Source of the DNA: Candidatus Bathyarchaeia archaeon
Lineage (GTDB): Archaea > Thermoproteota > Bathyarchaeia > Bathyarchaeales > Bathycorpusculaceae
NCBI GenBank assembly: GCA_050010755.1
Contig: JBEKKK010000001.1
Span: forward strand, 352,001 to 416,000
Length of the DNA stretch: 64,000 nucleotides
Reading direction: 5' to 3'
Shown here: piece by piece, positions 28,840 through 37,850 of the stretch
Layout of the letters: every line of letters starts with the position of its first letter
Numbering within the stretch: position 1 is the first letter of the stretch
Notes under the pieces: generated by a model
Told to the model about the DNA's origin: nothing
The model's database searches: none
What the model saw: only the letters and a program-made list of their open reading frames with translations
Position numbers and translations under genes: made by a program

Positions 28840-29017
28840 AAGGTTCCACCTACACATCGAGCTCTGGCTAGAGGTAAATTGTAGAAATCTGCATTGCCCT
28901 ATAAATATGAGCGCGTCTGTTTCAGGCACCGACGGTTCAGTCGCGAGCCTTCAAACGAATTTGCCCGTAAAATGACAATCAGAGTGGTGAACATAAAAAA
29001 AGATAGTTATCAACCCC

Positions 29018-29515
29018 TTAGCTCGACGCCCGCCCTCTCTCAGCAACTTCGTTCAATGTAATTCCGTACGGTAATGCGTCATTCTCTTGCCATCGGATTA
29101 AGACGTCCCATGATAATTCATTCTCATCGTCCGCATCTTTTTCGAGTTCACTCAGAAGGTTGCGTACATTAACGCTTTGATTCTTCTCTTCTAAGCGTCT
29201 CGCTGCCTGAGCAAGCAAGTATTCTGCAGCCTCACGTTCGACATTAAGGGTCTCGGCAAACGAGTCAGCATCGTTCCTCTGTTTGAATGTGGCAATTTTT
29301 AACCATCGTGTCCCATCATCTGGTTGATATTCTGAGGAATATGCGTGAGGATTCGGAATAAAAACAGCCCAACCGCCCAGTTCGCTTACTCTAGCAGCAG
29401 AAGGAGACGCATCGCCAGGCACCATGTTGTCCGTTACGTATATGTGCCAACCATGGTTCGTGTAGCCATCAACAAAAATAGTCTCGTGATCGTCACGAAA
29501 TGTAGGAGTATTCAT
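29018..29515 (-). CDS. Hypothetical protein
   Basis: 165-aa acidic ORF with GAGGA RBS; no motif recognised. Confidence 0.5.
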   Translation of the reverse strand: MNTPTFRDDHETIFVDGYTNHGWHIYVTDNMVPGDASPSAARVSELGGWAVFIPNPHAYSSEYQPDDGTRWLKIATFKQRNDADSFAETLNVEREAAEYLLAQAARRLEEKNQSVNVRNLLSELEKDADDENELSWDVLIRWQENDALPYGITLNEVAERGRASS

Positions 29516-30035
29516 TTGAATATCCTCACAAACACGCCTTCAGCTCCGAAACTATCCTAATAAACTTTTTAGCCCACCAAAAAATCAAACTAGACGAAAA
29601 AATTGCCCGCCAAATGCACTTAGAATAAAACACGCGGGCCGATTTCTGACGGTTGTTTTCGAGAAGACTTGAAGCGGTAGCTTCGAACTCACCTGTGATC
29701 AGGTTCTTCCTGAGCAGATGATTCTCATTTGAGCGTACAGTTTTCAGGATGCTTTTTCTAAACCATACGTACTACTCCAGCAACCAATTAAACAGAAACT
29801 TCCCGCGAACCACGGATTATGCTATCCGAATGTACTCTCAGTCCCGAAACAAATAGCGCGAATGCATTTTCCGAAATAAAAGAAGGGTTTTGAAATATCC
29901 GTGTAGATTTCGCTTTCGAACGCCCAGACGGGCACATGATATGGTTAGCATACGATTTTGACTAGAAAATAAGCGGGCGCTATTTCAGGTATAGTTTGCT
30001 TCGTCGCGCGTTTTGGGAGTTTTGCTTGAGAGCCT

Positions 30036-31073
30036 TCAAGCGACGGTGGGCGTAGGTTCTTGTCTCATCGTCAGTGAGAGGACAGCCATCTTAGCAAAGA
30101 AACTGTCTTCAGCCTGGTCATATACCACTGAGTTCGGTCCTTCCATGACTTCATCTGCTGCCTCTTCGCCTCTGTAGACTGGAAGCACGTGTGTAACAAT
30201 CGCCCGCTTGCTCATGAGCTCATCGACATGCTTCTGCTCAAGCTTCCAGTTCTTGTATTTATCGTGTATTCTGATCTCGTTTTCTGCTCCAAACGCGGTC
30301 AGGCCTATCTTGCCGAGTTTAGAGGTTGCCCAGCTTCGTGGAAAGACTGCATCTGCATCTTTCAGTGCTTCTGTAAAACGATGTTTTTCTTCCAAGCTTC
30401 CGCCGCTTGTGTTAGCATTCTCTCTTGCTGTTTGGATGATTTTGGGGTCGATTTCAAACCCGGGCGGATGGGCTAGAGTGACGTCCATTCCGAACCTCGT
30501 TGCTATTAGCAGCTCTTCCTGTATGCTGCATCTTCCTCTGAGCCTGCTCGAGTAAGCCCATGTGATTGTGTATTTTTTTCCTTTCAAATCTCGAAGTTTT
30601 TTCCTGAGGGTCATGATGTCTCCGATGGCCTGGGTCGGATGGTACGTGCAGCAGGCCAGGTTTATGACCGGAACCTTTGCGGCTCTCGCGAACTGTTCCA
30701 CGATTTTTCTTCCACTGCCGTAAATATAGTCGATGGATTCATCCAACACTCTTACTCCTATGCCGTCGCCAAAGGTGCTGTACATGCGAGCCGCATCTTT
30801 CAGAGTTTCTCCTTTTTCGATTCTCGTGGTTGCAACGTCGATGTATGAGGCGTGGCCCCCAAGCAGTTCCATTCCGGCCTCAAAGGCTGCTCTCGTTCTA
30901 GTTGATGGTGCCCAAAAAAGCATGAAAAAACTTTTTCTTTCCAGAGTCTTGGCCGGAAGCCTACCGTCTTTCCTAATTCTCCTCAGTTTCTCAGCAAGTT
31001 TCATCGTGTCCAGTAATTCATCGATGCTCCAGTCCTGAGTTGTTATCAAGTCCCTTCCAAACAGGCTCGACAC
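30036..31073 (-). CDS. Carbamoyltransferase, YgeW/AOTCase-like (paralog 1)
   Basis: PSTRTR, HPTQAIGD, TWAYS, TRFGMDVTLAHP, FPRSW, HVLP..RG. Confidence 0.85.
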   Translation of the reverse strand: MSSLFGRDLITTQDWSIDELLDTMKLAEKLRRIRKDGRLPAKTLERKSFFMLFWAPSTRTRAAFEAGMELLGGHASYIDVATTRIEKGETLKDAARMYSTFGDGIGVRVLDESIDYIYGSGRKIVEQFARAAKVPVINLACCTYHPTQAIGDIMTLRKKLRDLKGKKYTITWAYSSRLRGRCSIQEELLIATRFGMDVTLAHPPGFEIDPKIIQTARENANTSGGSLEEKHRFTEALKDADAVFPRSWATSKLGKIGLTAFGAENEIRIHDKYKNWKLEQKHVDELMSKRAIVTHVLPVYRGEEAADEVMEGPNSVVYDQAEDSFFAKMAVLSLTMRQEPTPTVA

Positions 31074-31195
31074 GAATATCGCCACCAATTGGATAGATTC
31101 CGAAAGCATACTCCTAGTTTTGCCAGATCCGTCAAGTCACGAATATGTTTGATGACTTCACAGAGTCAGAGTATTTTAGTCTTGTTTGAGACGAG

Positions 31196-32437
31196 TCAGA
31201 CCATCTTCTTGTTTATAGATTGAAACTCTCTGATATCGGGATTTATCGTTGGCGCTTTCACAGACTGGGTTATCGCCGCTTCTGGGTCCTTCAGTCCGCT
31301 CCCCGTTATTAGCACGACCACCGTTTCGTCTCCTTTCACGTTACCTAGATTGACGAGTTTCACGAGGCCGGCGAGGGCTGCGACGCCTGTGGGTTCTGCG
31401 AATATTCCTTCGGTTGAGGCTAGGAGGCGCTGTGCATCAAGTATTTCCTTGTCGGAGACCGCTTCAGCCGTTCCGTTCGTTTCTCTCAGCGCAACCAAAG
31501 CAGCGTCTCCGTCCCATGGAAACACATCGGAAAGGCCGCCTGCGATGGTGTTGGGGCGGCCCCACGGTTCTATATCAAACGGGCTTTTGTTCTGCTTGAA
31601 GGCCCTGACCAGAGGCGCGCAACCTTCCGGTTGCACTGCGGCAAGTTTTGCCGCGGACTCTGTAAAGCCGATGTTTCGGAAGTCGTTGAAGCCTTTCCAT
31701 ATTCCAGCAAGGAGACATCCTGAGCCCGTAGGAACCATCACCCAATCCGGCGTGTTCCAGTCGAGCTGCTCGACGATTTCATACGACATCGTCTTTGGGC
31801 CCTCAACCTGGTACGGGTTGAACGGGCCGAAACTGGGGCAAGGGTACCATCCGTATTTCTCGACGACTATCTGCAACATCTGCACGGTTGGGTCCTTCCC
31901 TCTTTCGACGCCTCTCAACCGAGTGACCCTCGTCCCGTAAAGACGGATCTGGGCGAGCTTGACTTCGGGCGCCGATTCCAAGACGAAGGCAAAACACTTC
32001 AATCCAGCCTTTGCGGAATGAGCGGCAAGGGCTGCAGCAGCGTTTCCGCTTGATGCTGTAACAGTTGTGCCAACGCCAAACTCGACGGCTTTCGAAACCC
32101 CAACAGTCATCGAACGATCCTTGAACGAGCCCGTGGGACTTCTAGTCTCATCTTTAAGATAGAGCCTTCGCAGGCCCAGTTCTCTAGCGAGTTTCGTTGC
32201 CTTAATAAGAGGTGTTCCTCCAGCATCGAGGCTGACGATGTTCTTCTTGTTCTTGACCGGAAGAAATTCATAGTATTTCCAAACGTTCGAGGCTCTTCTG
32301 CTCAGAGTTCGTTTGGCCACTCTTTCTGCGATGGCTGAATAGTCGTAGTACATGTCGAGACGGCCTCGGTCCTTGTTGAGGCACATGCAGATTTTTTCGT
32401 CAGCCGAGTATTCTCGTCCACAGCGGGCACATTTCAT
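31196..32437 (-). CDS. Threonine synthase-like PLP enzyme
   Basis: N-terminal CxxC, GGTPL, KDETRSPTGSFKDR, ASSGNAA, VPTGSG, IFAEP, TGSGLKD. Confidence 0.88.
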   Translation of the reverse strand: MKCARCGREYSADEKICMCLNKDRGRLDMYYDYSAIAERVAKRTLSRRASNVWKYYEFLPVKNKKNIVSLDAGGTPLIKATKLARELGLRRLYLKDETRSPTGSFKDRSMTVGVSKAVEFGVGTTVTASSGNAAAALAAHSAKAGLKCFAFVLESAPEVKLAQIRLYGTRVTRLRGVERGKDPTVQMLQIVVEKYGWYPCPSFGPFNPYQVEGPKTMSYEIVEQLDWNTPDWVMVPTGSGCLLAGIWKGFNDFRNIGFTESAAKLAAVQPEGCAPLVRAFKQNKSPFDIEPWGRPNTIAGGLSDVFPWDGDAALVALRETNGTAEAVSDKEILDAQRLLASTEGIFAEPTGVAALAGLVKLVNLGNVKGDETVVVLITGSGLKDPEAAITQSVKAPTINPDIREFQSINKKMV

Positions 32438-32482
32438 CTTCGTGACGAAGGCCAACCAAAACACCATCACTCAATGATTGAC

Positions 32483-33949
32483 TTATTGAAGGCCGACTTT
32501 CTCGTTGAACTGACTGATTAGTTCATCTATCCTGGGCACCAGCTTCTGGTTTTCGGTCCAGTACGACTCATAATCGTACCATTGACTGTTCAGCTCAGGA
32601 AGACTGAACATCTGCTGCTCTATCCAAGTGAAGTACTTCAGGTGATGTATCCGTTTCCGATCATAATGGTTGAGCTCCATCATCGAGTCAGTCTTCACCG
32701 CCATAAGGTGTCGGTGGAAATCTTTCACCGCGTCCTTCTCGCCGTATTCGCCTTCTCGTTCCTGCGCCTCTTGCAGCCGGGAGCGGTACAGTTCCATCGA
32801 GTCCGTGAACACTGTCAGCACGACATCTTCGCGCCCAAGCTCGTAGTACTTCGCGAACTTTATCGACATCAGCACGTTCGCTATGCTGGAAATGCCCAGC
32901 AGGTCAAGCCTCGAAACTAGTTCCTCGGGAACGCCTGCCTCGTCCGTGAGGTATCTGCGTCCGGCTGACTCGTTGAACAGTCTCATCAGGCTGAGCGGAT
33001 CGTTGTCGTCAATTCCAATGGCGAAATCCGTGTTTCTGACGTTGTGGATCCAGGGAACGTGCTTGTCGCCTATGCCTTCGATTCTGTGCGCACCGTATCC
33101 GTTGAGCAGCAAGGTGGGGCATTGAAGGGCTTCTCCTGCGGCGATCTTCGAAGTCGGATAAACCTGTTTCAGGTAGTCTCCGCATGCAATCGTGCCCGCC
33201 GACCCTGTTGTGAGGCAAACGCCTCGAAATTGGCCTTTTCCGAGTTCTTTCTTTATGACCTCTTCCATCGCGTGCCCCGTGACGTCATAGTGAAACAAGT
33301 AGTTGCCGAATTCGCTGAACTGGTTGAACACGAAAATGTCTTTTCGCGTCCGCTTGAGTTCCCACACCTTGTCGTAAATCTCTTTCACGTTGCTCTCGCT
33401 TCCGGGTGTGGCGATTATCTCACCCGCCACGGTCTTCAACCATTCAAAACGTTCTCTGGACATTTGCTCCGGAAGAATTGCGATGCTCTCGCATCCGAGA
33501 AGCGTCGCGTCATAGGCTCCCCCCCTGCAAAAGTTTCCGGTGCTGGGCCAAACCGCCTTGTGCCTAGTGGGATCAAACTGGCCCGTCACCAGCCTCGGAA
33601 CGAGACAACCGAAAGTCGCGCCAACCTTGTGCGAGCCCGTCGGAAACCACTTCCCGACCAATGCGATTATCCGTGCCTCGACGCCGGTGAGCTCCGGCGG
33701 CAACTCCACATAATTTGGCGCGGACTGAAACAGCCCGCCCTTTGGCACCGGCTCGTTCTTCCAAGTGATTCTGAACAGGTTCTGAGGGGCAACGTCCCAA
33801 AGTCCTATGTTCTTAAGTTGTTGTTTGATTGCACTCGGCGCCATGTTGGGGTTTTTCAGCTGAGCAAACGTTGGGACAATTATGTTCCTATCCTTACACC
33901 TCTGAACCGTTCGCTCGAGCTGTTCCTCGTTAACCGTGAGATCTATCAA
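32483..33949 (-). CDS. Fold-type II PLP-dependent enzyme (large cysteine-synthase-like family)
   Basis: FPTGSHKVGA (PLP Lys), WPSTGNFCRGG, TGSAGTIA.GD, HRIEGIGDKHVPW. Confidence 0.85.
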   Translation of the reverse strand: MIDLTVNEEQLERTVQRCKDRNIIVPTFAQLKNPNMAPSAIKQQLKNIGLWDVAPQNLFRITWKNEPVPKGGLFQSAPNYVELPPELTGVEARIIALVGKWFPTGSHKVGATFGCLVPRLVTGQFDPTRHKAVWPSTGNFCRGGAYDATLLGCESIAILPEQMSRERFEWLKTVAGEIIATPGSESNVKEIYDKVWELKRTRKDIFVFNQFSEFGNYLFHYDVTGHAMEEVIKKELGKGQFRGVCLTTGSAGTIACGDYLKQVYPTSKIAAGEALQCPTLLLNGYGAHRIEGIGDKHVPWIHNVRNTDFAIGIDDNDPLSLMRLFNESAGRRYLTDEAGVPEELVSRLDLLGISSIANVLMSIKFAKYYELGREDVVLTVFTDSMELYRSRLQEAQEREGEYGEKDAVKDFHRHLMAVKTDSMMELNHYDRKRIHHLKYFTWIEQQMFSLPELNSQWYDYESYWTENQKLVPRIDELISQFNEKVGLQ

Positions 33950-34029
33950 TCAATTCGCCCTTCGTCCATTCTGAAGAGATAAAACTTATAAATCCACCTA
34001 CTGCTTTTGCTAGACCCAAGGTGTAACAA

Positions 34030-35082
34030 ATGAAGCAGTACATCGGAGTTTTCAAGGGAAGAGACTGGCTCGAGACACAATCATGGAGCCAAGAAGACCT
34101 CAAACTGCTCATATCCGCCTCTAAAGATTTGAAACAGAAGTACAAAGCAAGAAAATCAACCGCCGACATTCTTCGCGAGCGCACGCTTTTCATGATTTTC
34201 TTCAACCGATCACTGCGGACCAGAAACAGCTTCGAAGCCGGCATGACCCAACTGGGCGGGCACGCACACTTCCTCTCGCCCCAGGACATCTACGTCCCAG
34301 CATTGCCAGAGGATGAAGAAGCCTACAAGACGGAACGCATCGCCGACGTGGCCCGAGTGCTCAACGAGATGGGAGACGCCATCGCAATAAGAATCTACGG
34401 CGACGCTGCAAAATGGATGTACGGACGCGGACACCGCACCGTTGAAGAGTTTGCCAAATGGGCAAAGATCCCAGTCATCAACATGGAAGACGATGTCTTT
34501 CATCCCTGCCAAGAAATGGCGGACATACAGGCAGTAGACGAGCATGTTGGTAAGTTTCAGGGCAAGAAATTCGTAATGTCCTGGGCCTACAGTGAAGGCT
34601 TGAAACCGCTCGCCGTGCCCCAGAGCTGCATCCTGATAGCCTCAAAAATGGGCATGGACGTAGTGTTTGCCAGGCCTAAAGGCTTCGAGCTCGAGGACAA
34701 AATCATCAAGTGGGCAAAAGAAAACGCAGACCGCTACGGGGGCAGCTTCAGGGAGACCGACAACATGGAAGAGGCTTTTGAAGGAGCGCACGTCGTGTAC
34801 CCTAAAAGCTGGACTGCAAGGGCTGCACTGCCCGGACCGTGGGGAGGCCCCGCTCAGCCCGACAAGCAATTGGCGCTGGAATACGCACGGAAGAACAAAG
34901 GGTGGATATGCGACAAGGCCAAGATGGATTTAACGGACAGGGCCATTTACATGCACTGCCTACCCGCCGACCGCGGAATGGAAGTCACAGACGAAGTCAT
35001 CGATGGACCCCAAAGCGTGGCGTTCGACGAAGCAGGAAACCGGCTGCACGCCCAGAAAGCAATCATGGCCGCTATAATGTGA
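34030..35082 (+). CDS. Carbamoyltransferase, YgeW/AOTCase-like (paralog 2)
   Basis: RSLRTRNSFE, HPCQEMAD, SWAYS..KPLAVPQS, YPKSW, MHCLPADRG. Confidence 0.88.
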   Translation: MKQYIGVFKGRDWLETQSWSQEDLKLLISASKDLKQKYKARKSTADILRERTLFMIFFNRSLRTRNSFEAGMTQLGGHAHFLSPQDIYVPALPEDEEAYKTERIADVARVLNEMGDAIAIRIYGDAAKWMYGRGHRTVEEFAKWAKIPVINMEDDVFHPCQEMADIQAVDEHVGKFQGKKFVMSWAYSEGLKPLAVPQSCILIASKMGMDVVFARPKGFELEDKIIKWAKENADRYGGSFRETDNMEEAFEGAHVVYPKSWTARAALPGPWGGPAQPDKQLALEYARKNKGWICDKAKMDLTDRAIYMHCLPADRGMEVTDEVIDGPQSVAFDEAGNRLHAQKAIMAAIM

Positions 35083-35114
35083 GAAACGCTGCGAACCGTT
35101 ACTCTTCCAATATT

Positions 35115-36212
35115 TCATTTTTTCTTTAGCGGTTTGTTCACTTCAGCGAAACGTTCGGCCATCGCGTCGAACAGGCACCCTGCGCCGAACCTCTGAACGT
35201 CTGTCGCGGGTAGGTCTGTTTCTTTTTCTGCTTGCCTCATGGCCGCCCTGATTTCTTCGTCCGACTTCAGGCCGTCGTAGTTGTAGATGTAGCTGATTGC
35301 GATTCCAACCACCCTGGTTTGAGGGAACACTGTTTCAATCAGTCGGATCTCTTCTTTGGGGTTCGGCACTTTCATCGTTGGAAAACCGTCCCGTGTTCCT
35401 CTGAACGGATCGTGGACCATTATGACGGCATCGGGTTGAGCGCCATACAGTATTGCGAGAGTTTCCACTCCGTAGGCTGGGTGGGAGAGTGAAGCCTGTC
35501 CTTCAACGATGATAAAGTCCTTGTCCATCTTTGCAACTTCGCCGGTCATCTTGGCCACTGTTCCAGGTATAAAATCGCCGGGAATCGCATCTATGGCTGC
35601 GCCAGCGTCGCCTCTCACCAGCATCATCGTTTGGCCCGTCGCTACGGCGCCGACTTTGAAGCCTCGTTTTTCAGCCTCCTTAGCGAGTTCCATCATGACT
35701 ATGTTCTTGCCGGTTGCCGCATCAGTGGATAGGATTGCGACGACGGGCACTTTGATTTTTAAGACTTGCTTGAGTACTTCAAGATTCTTGGGAGGCTTTC
35801 TCAGATCAATCAGTTTTACTCCGTACTTCTCTGCGAGGTCGCGGAATTCTGGTTGGTCGCCGAAGAAATAGTGCAGTCCGCTCACGACGTCTAATCCGTT
35901 TTTGATGGCCTCTGTGATGATGCTCCTCCACTCTTCTGGGAGGCTTCCTCCTGGCGGTGCGATCCCGATGATTATAGCACCTGGCTTGTACTTCAACGCC
36001 TCTTTGAGGCTTTTGACGACGGGAATGTTCCGCTTGCCTGTTCCGACAGCTTCTCCAGCGTCCTTTCCCGCTTTTTTCTCGTCAATCACTCCGACAATCT
36101 TGTACTTGCCCCCGTAAATTACGAGGTCGTTGGCAGTCTTCCCTTCAAGGGTTCCCAAAGCCTTGCTCGCAAGAATTATGGCTGTTTTCCGACTTTGAGA
36201 CAAGTAAATCAC
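35115..36212 (-). CDS. DUF1611 (DgcN-like) P-loop protein
   Basis: KTA..L, IGIAPPGGSLP, VSGLH, TDAATGK, ATGQT, DFIPG, VEGQASLSHPAY. Confidence 0.85.
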   Translation of the reverse strand: MIYLSQSRKTAIILASKALGTLEGKTANDLVIYGGKYKIVGVIDEKKAGKDAGEAVGTGKRNIPVVKSLKEALKYKPGAIIIGIAPPGGSLPEEWRSIITEAIKNGLDVVSGLHYFFGDQPEFRDLAEKYGVKLIDLRKPPKNLEVLKQVLKIKVPVVAILSTDAATGKNIVMMELAKEAEKRGFKVGAVATGQTMMLVRGDAGAAIDAIPGDFIPGTVAKMTGEVAKMDKDFIIVEGQASLSHPAYGVETLAILYGAQPDAVIMVHDPFRGTRDGFPTMKVPNPKEEIRLIETVFPQTRVVGIAISYIYNYDGLKSDEEIRAAMRQAEKETDLPATDVQRFGAGCLFDAMAERFAEVNKPLKKK

Positions 36213-36298
36213 TTCTCTTTTTCATTGCTCCACCACCTCGCTAAAATATAACTTTATCCATTGACAATTCACGTTTGCGAACGGGGCGGTTTGCGGAA

Positions 36299-37657
36299 AT
36301 GGCTGTGGATATGGTTTTGAAGGGTGGAAAAATAGCGACTTCGACCGGCGTCGTGGAGGCAGATGTGACGGTGGACGAGGGGAAGATTGTTGAAATTTCG
36401 AAGACCATTAGTCTGCCCGAGACTGGCAAGGTGCTGAACGTCAGCGGGCTTTTCATCCTTCCGGGAATCGTTGATGCTCACGTTCATGTGTGCGATCCAG
36501 GGTTTATCCGGGAAAGTTTTCGAACGGGCACGGCGGCTGCGGCTGCTGGCGGGGTGACAACCATAATCGACATGGCTTCGTCTGGCCAGCTTCGCATTTC
36601 CTCGGTCGTGATGTTGAACAGGAAAAAGGAGGCGGCTGAAAAGGAAGCTTTCGTGGACTTCGGTCTGTACGGGGGTGAAATCGCTGATGAGAAGGACTTG
36701 GTGGAGATTGCAGAGTTGGTGAGGGCTGGTGTGGTGGGTTTCGGCGAGATAATGATGTGCGGTGACATGCCTGTCAAGAATGACGAGGTTCTGCTGGAGG
36801 CTTTGAGGCTGATTTCAAGAGCGAAGTCGGTGGCAGCCGTACATGCCGAAGACAACTCCTTGCTGATGGCTATGAAGCAGAAGATGATGTCCAGAGGAAG
36901 AGGGGACGCTTTGGCGTTTGCTGACGCGCGTCCCAACGAGGCCGAAGCGCAGGCTGTGGCCAAGGCCTTGATACTGTCCAGAAGAGTGAATGGGAAGCTT
37001 CACGTGTGCCACTTGTCAACGAGGGAAAGCTTGGAGTCGATTCGAACTGCAAAGGCTCGGGGGATGCGTGTGACGACTGAAGTCTGTCCTCATCACTTGT
37101 TCTTGACGAGAGATTCGTACGCCGAACTGGGTCCGCTCGTTATCACTACTCCACCCTTGCGGACAAAACACGACGCGTACGCGCTTTGGAACGGTCTGAA
37201 CGACGGAACCATAGACCTGATCGTCTCTGATCACTGTGCTTTTAAGAAAAAGGAAAAGGACGTGGGTTTGCAAGACGTCTGGAAAACTCCGCCCGGAGTA
37301 CCGGGGCTCGAAACGCTTGCTCTGCTGATGCTGGGAAAGGGGGTTAGCGAGGGCAGGGTGTCACTCGAGAAATTCGTCAGGGCTTCTTCCGAAAACCCGG
37401 CAAAAATCCTTGGGCTGTATCCGAAGAAAGGGGCTCTGCAGAAGGGCGCCGACGCAGACATGCTGATCGTTGATCTCCACAAACAGCACAAGATCACGGC
37501 GGAGGACATGAAGTGCGTGGCCGATTACACGCCTTTCGAAGGGTGGACTGTGAACGCAAAACACGTCATGACAATGGTTCGAGGACGAATCGTCGCCGAA
37601 GAAGGCCAGGTGATTGGAAAAATGGGGTATGGCAAATTCGTAAAGCCTTCGCGATAA
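36299..37657 (+). CDS. Cyclic amidohydrolase (allantoinase/dihydroorotase/hydantoinase family)
   Basis: PGIVDAHVH, GGVTTIIDM, HAED, HVCHLS, EVCPHHL, PPLR, SDHCAF, NPAKILGLYPKKG. Confidence 0.88.
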   Translation: MAVDMVLKGGKIATSTGVVEADVTVDEGKIVEISKTISLPETGKVLNVSGLFILPGIVDAHVHVCDPGFIRESFRTGTAAAAAGGVTTIIDMASSGQLRISSVVMLNRKKEAAEKEAFVDFGLYGGEIADEKDLVEIAELVRAGVVGFGEIMMCGDMPVKNDEVLLEALRLISRAKSVAAVHAEDNSLLMAMKQKMMSRGRGDALAFADARPNEAEAQAVAKALILSRRVNGKLHVCHLSTRESLESIRTAKARGMRVTTEVCPHHLFLTRDSYAELGPLVITTPPLRTKHDAYALWNGLNDGTIDLIVSDHCAFKKKEKDVGLQDVWKTPPGVPGLETLALLMLGKGVSEGRVSLEKFVRASSENPAKILGLYPKKGALQKGADADMLIVDLHKQHKITAEDMKCVADYTPFEGWTVNAKHVMTMVRGRIVAEEGQVIGKMGYGKFVKPSR

Positions 37658-37850
37658 TAAAAAAGGACTCATCACGACGCGCATGCTTGTTCGCAGATTC
37701 TGGTTACTGATGTTTTGCGGTGGCTTTCGCCATGTAGCGCGCCAAAACGAAATTCATAAAGGAGGGGCCAATTTTCTTCTTAAATGCTTAGCGCGGGCTA
37801 GCTATTTAAGAGTGGAAAAGTCAAGAATAGCTCGTACGGTATGAGATAGA

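Noticed and set aside
29520-30030. 500-bp spacer inside the catabolic cluster
   Set aside because: No convincing ORF, repeat or stable structure found by eye
33044-33982. 312-aa plus-strand ORF
   Set aside because: Antisense shadow of the PLP enzyme; no motifs
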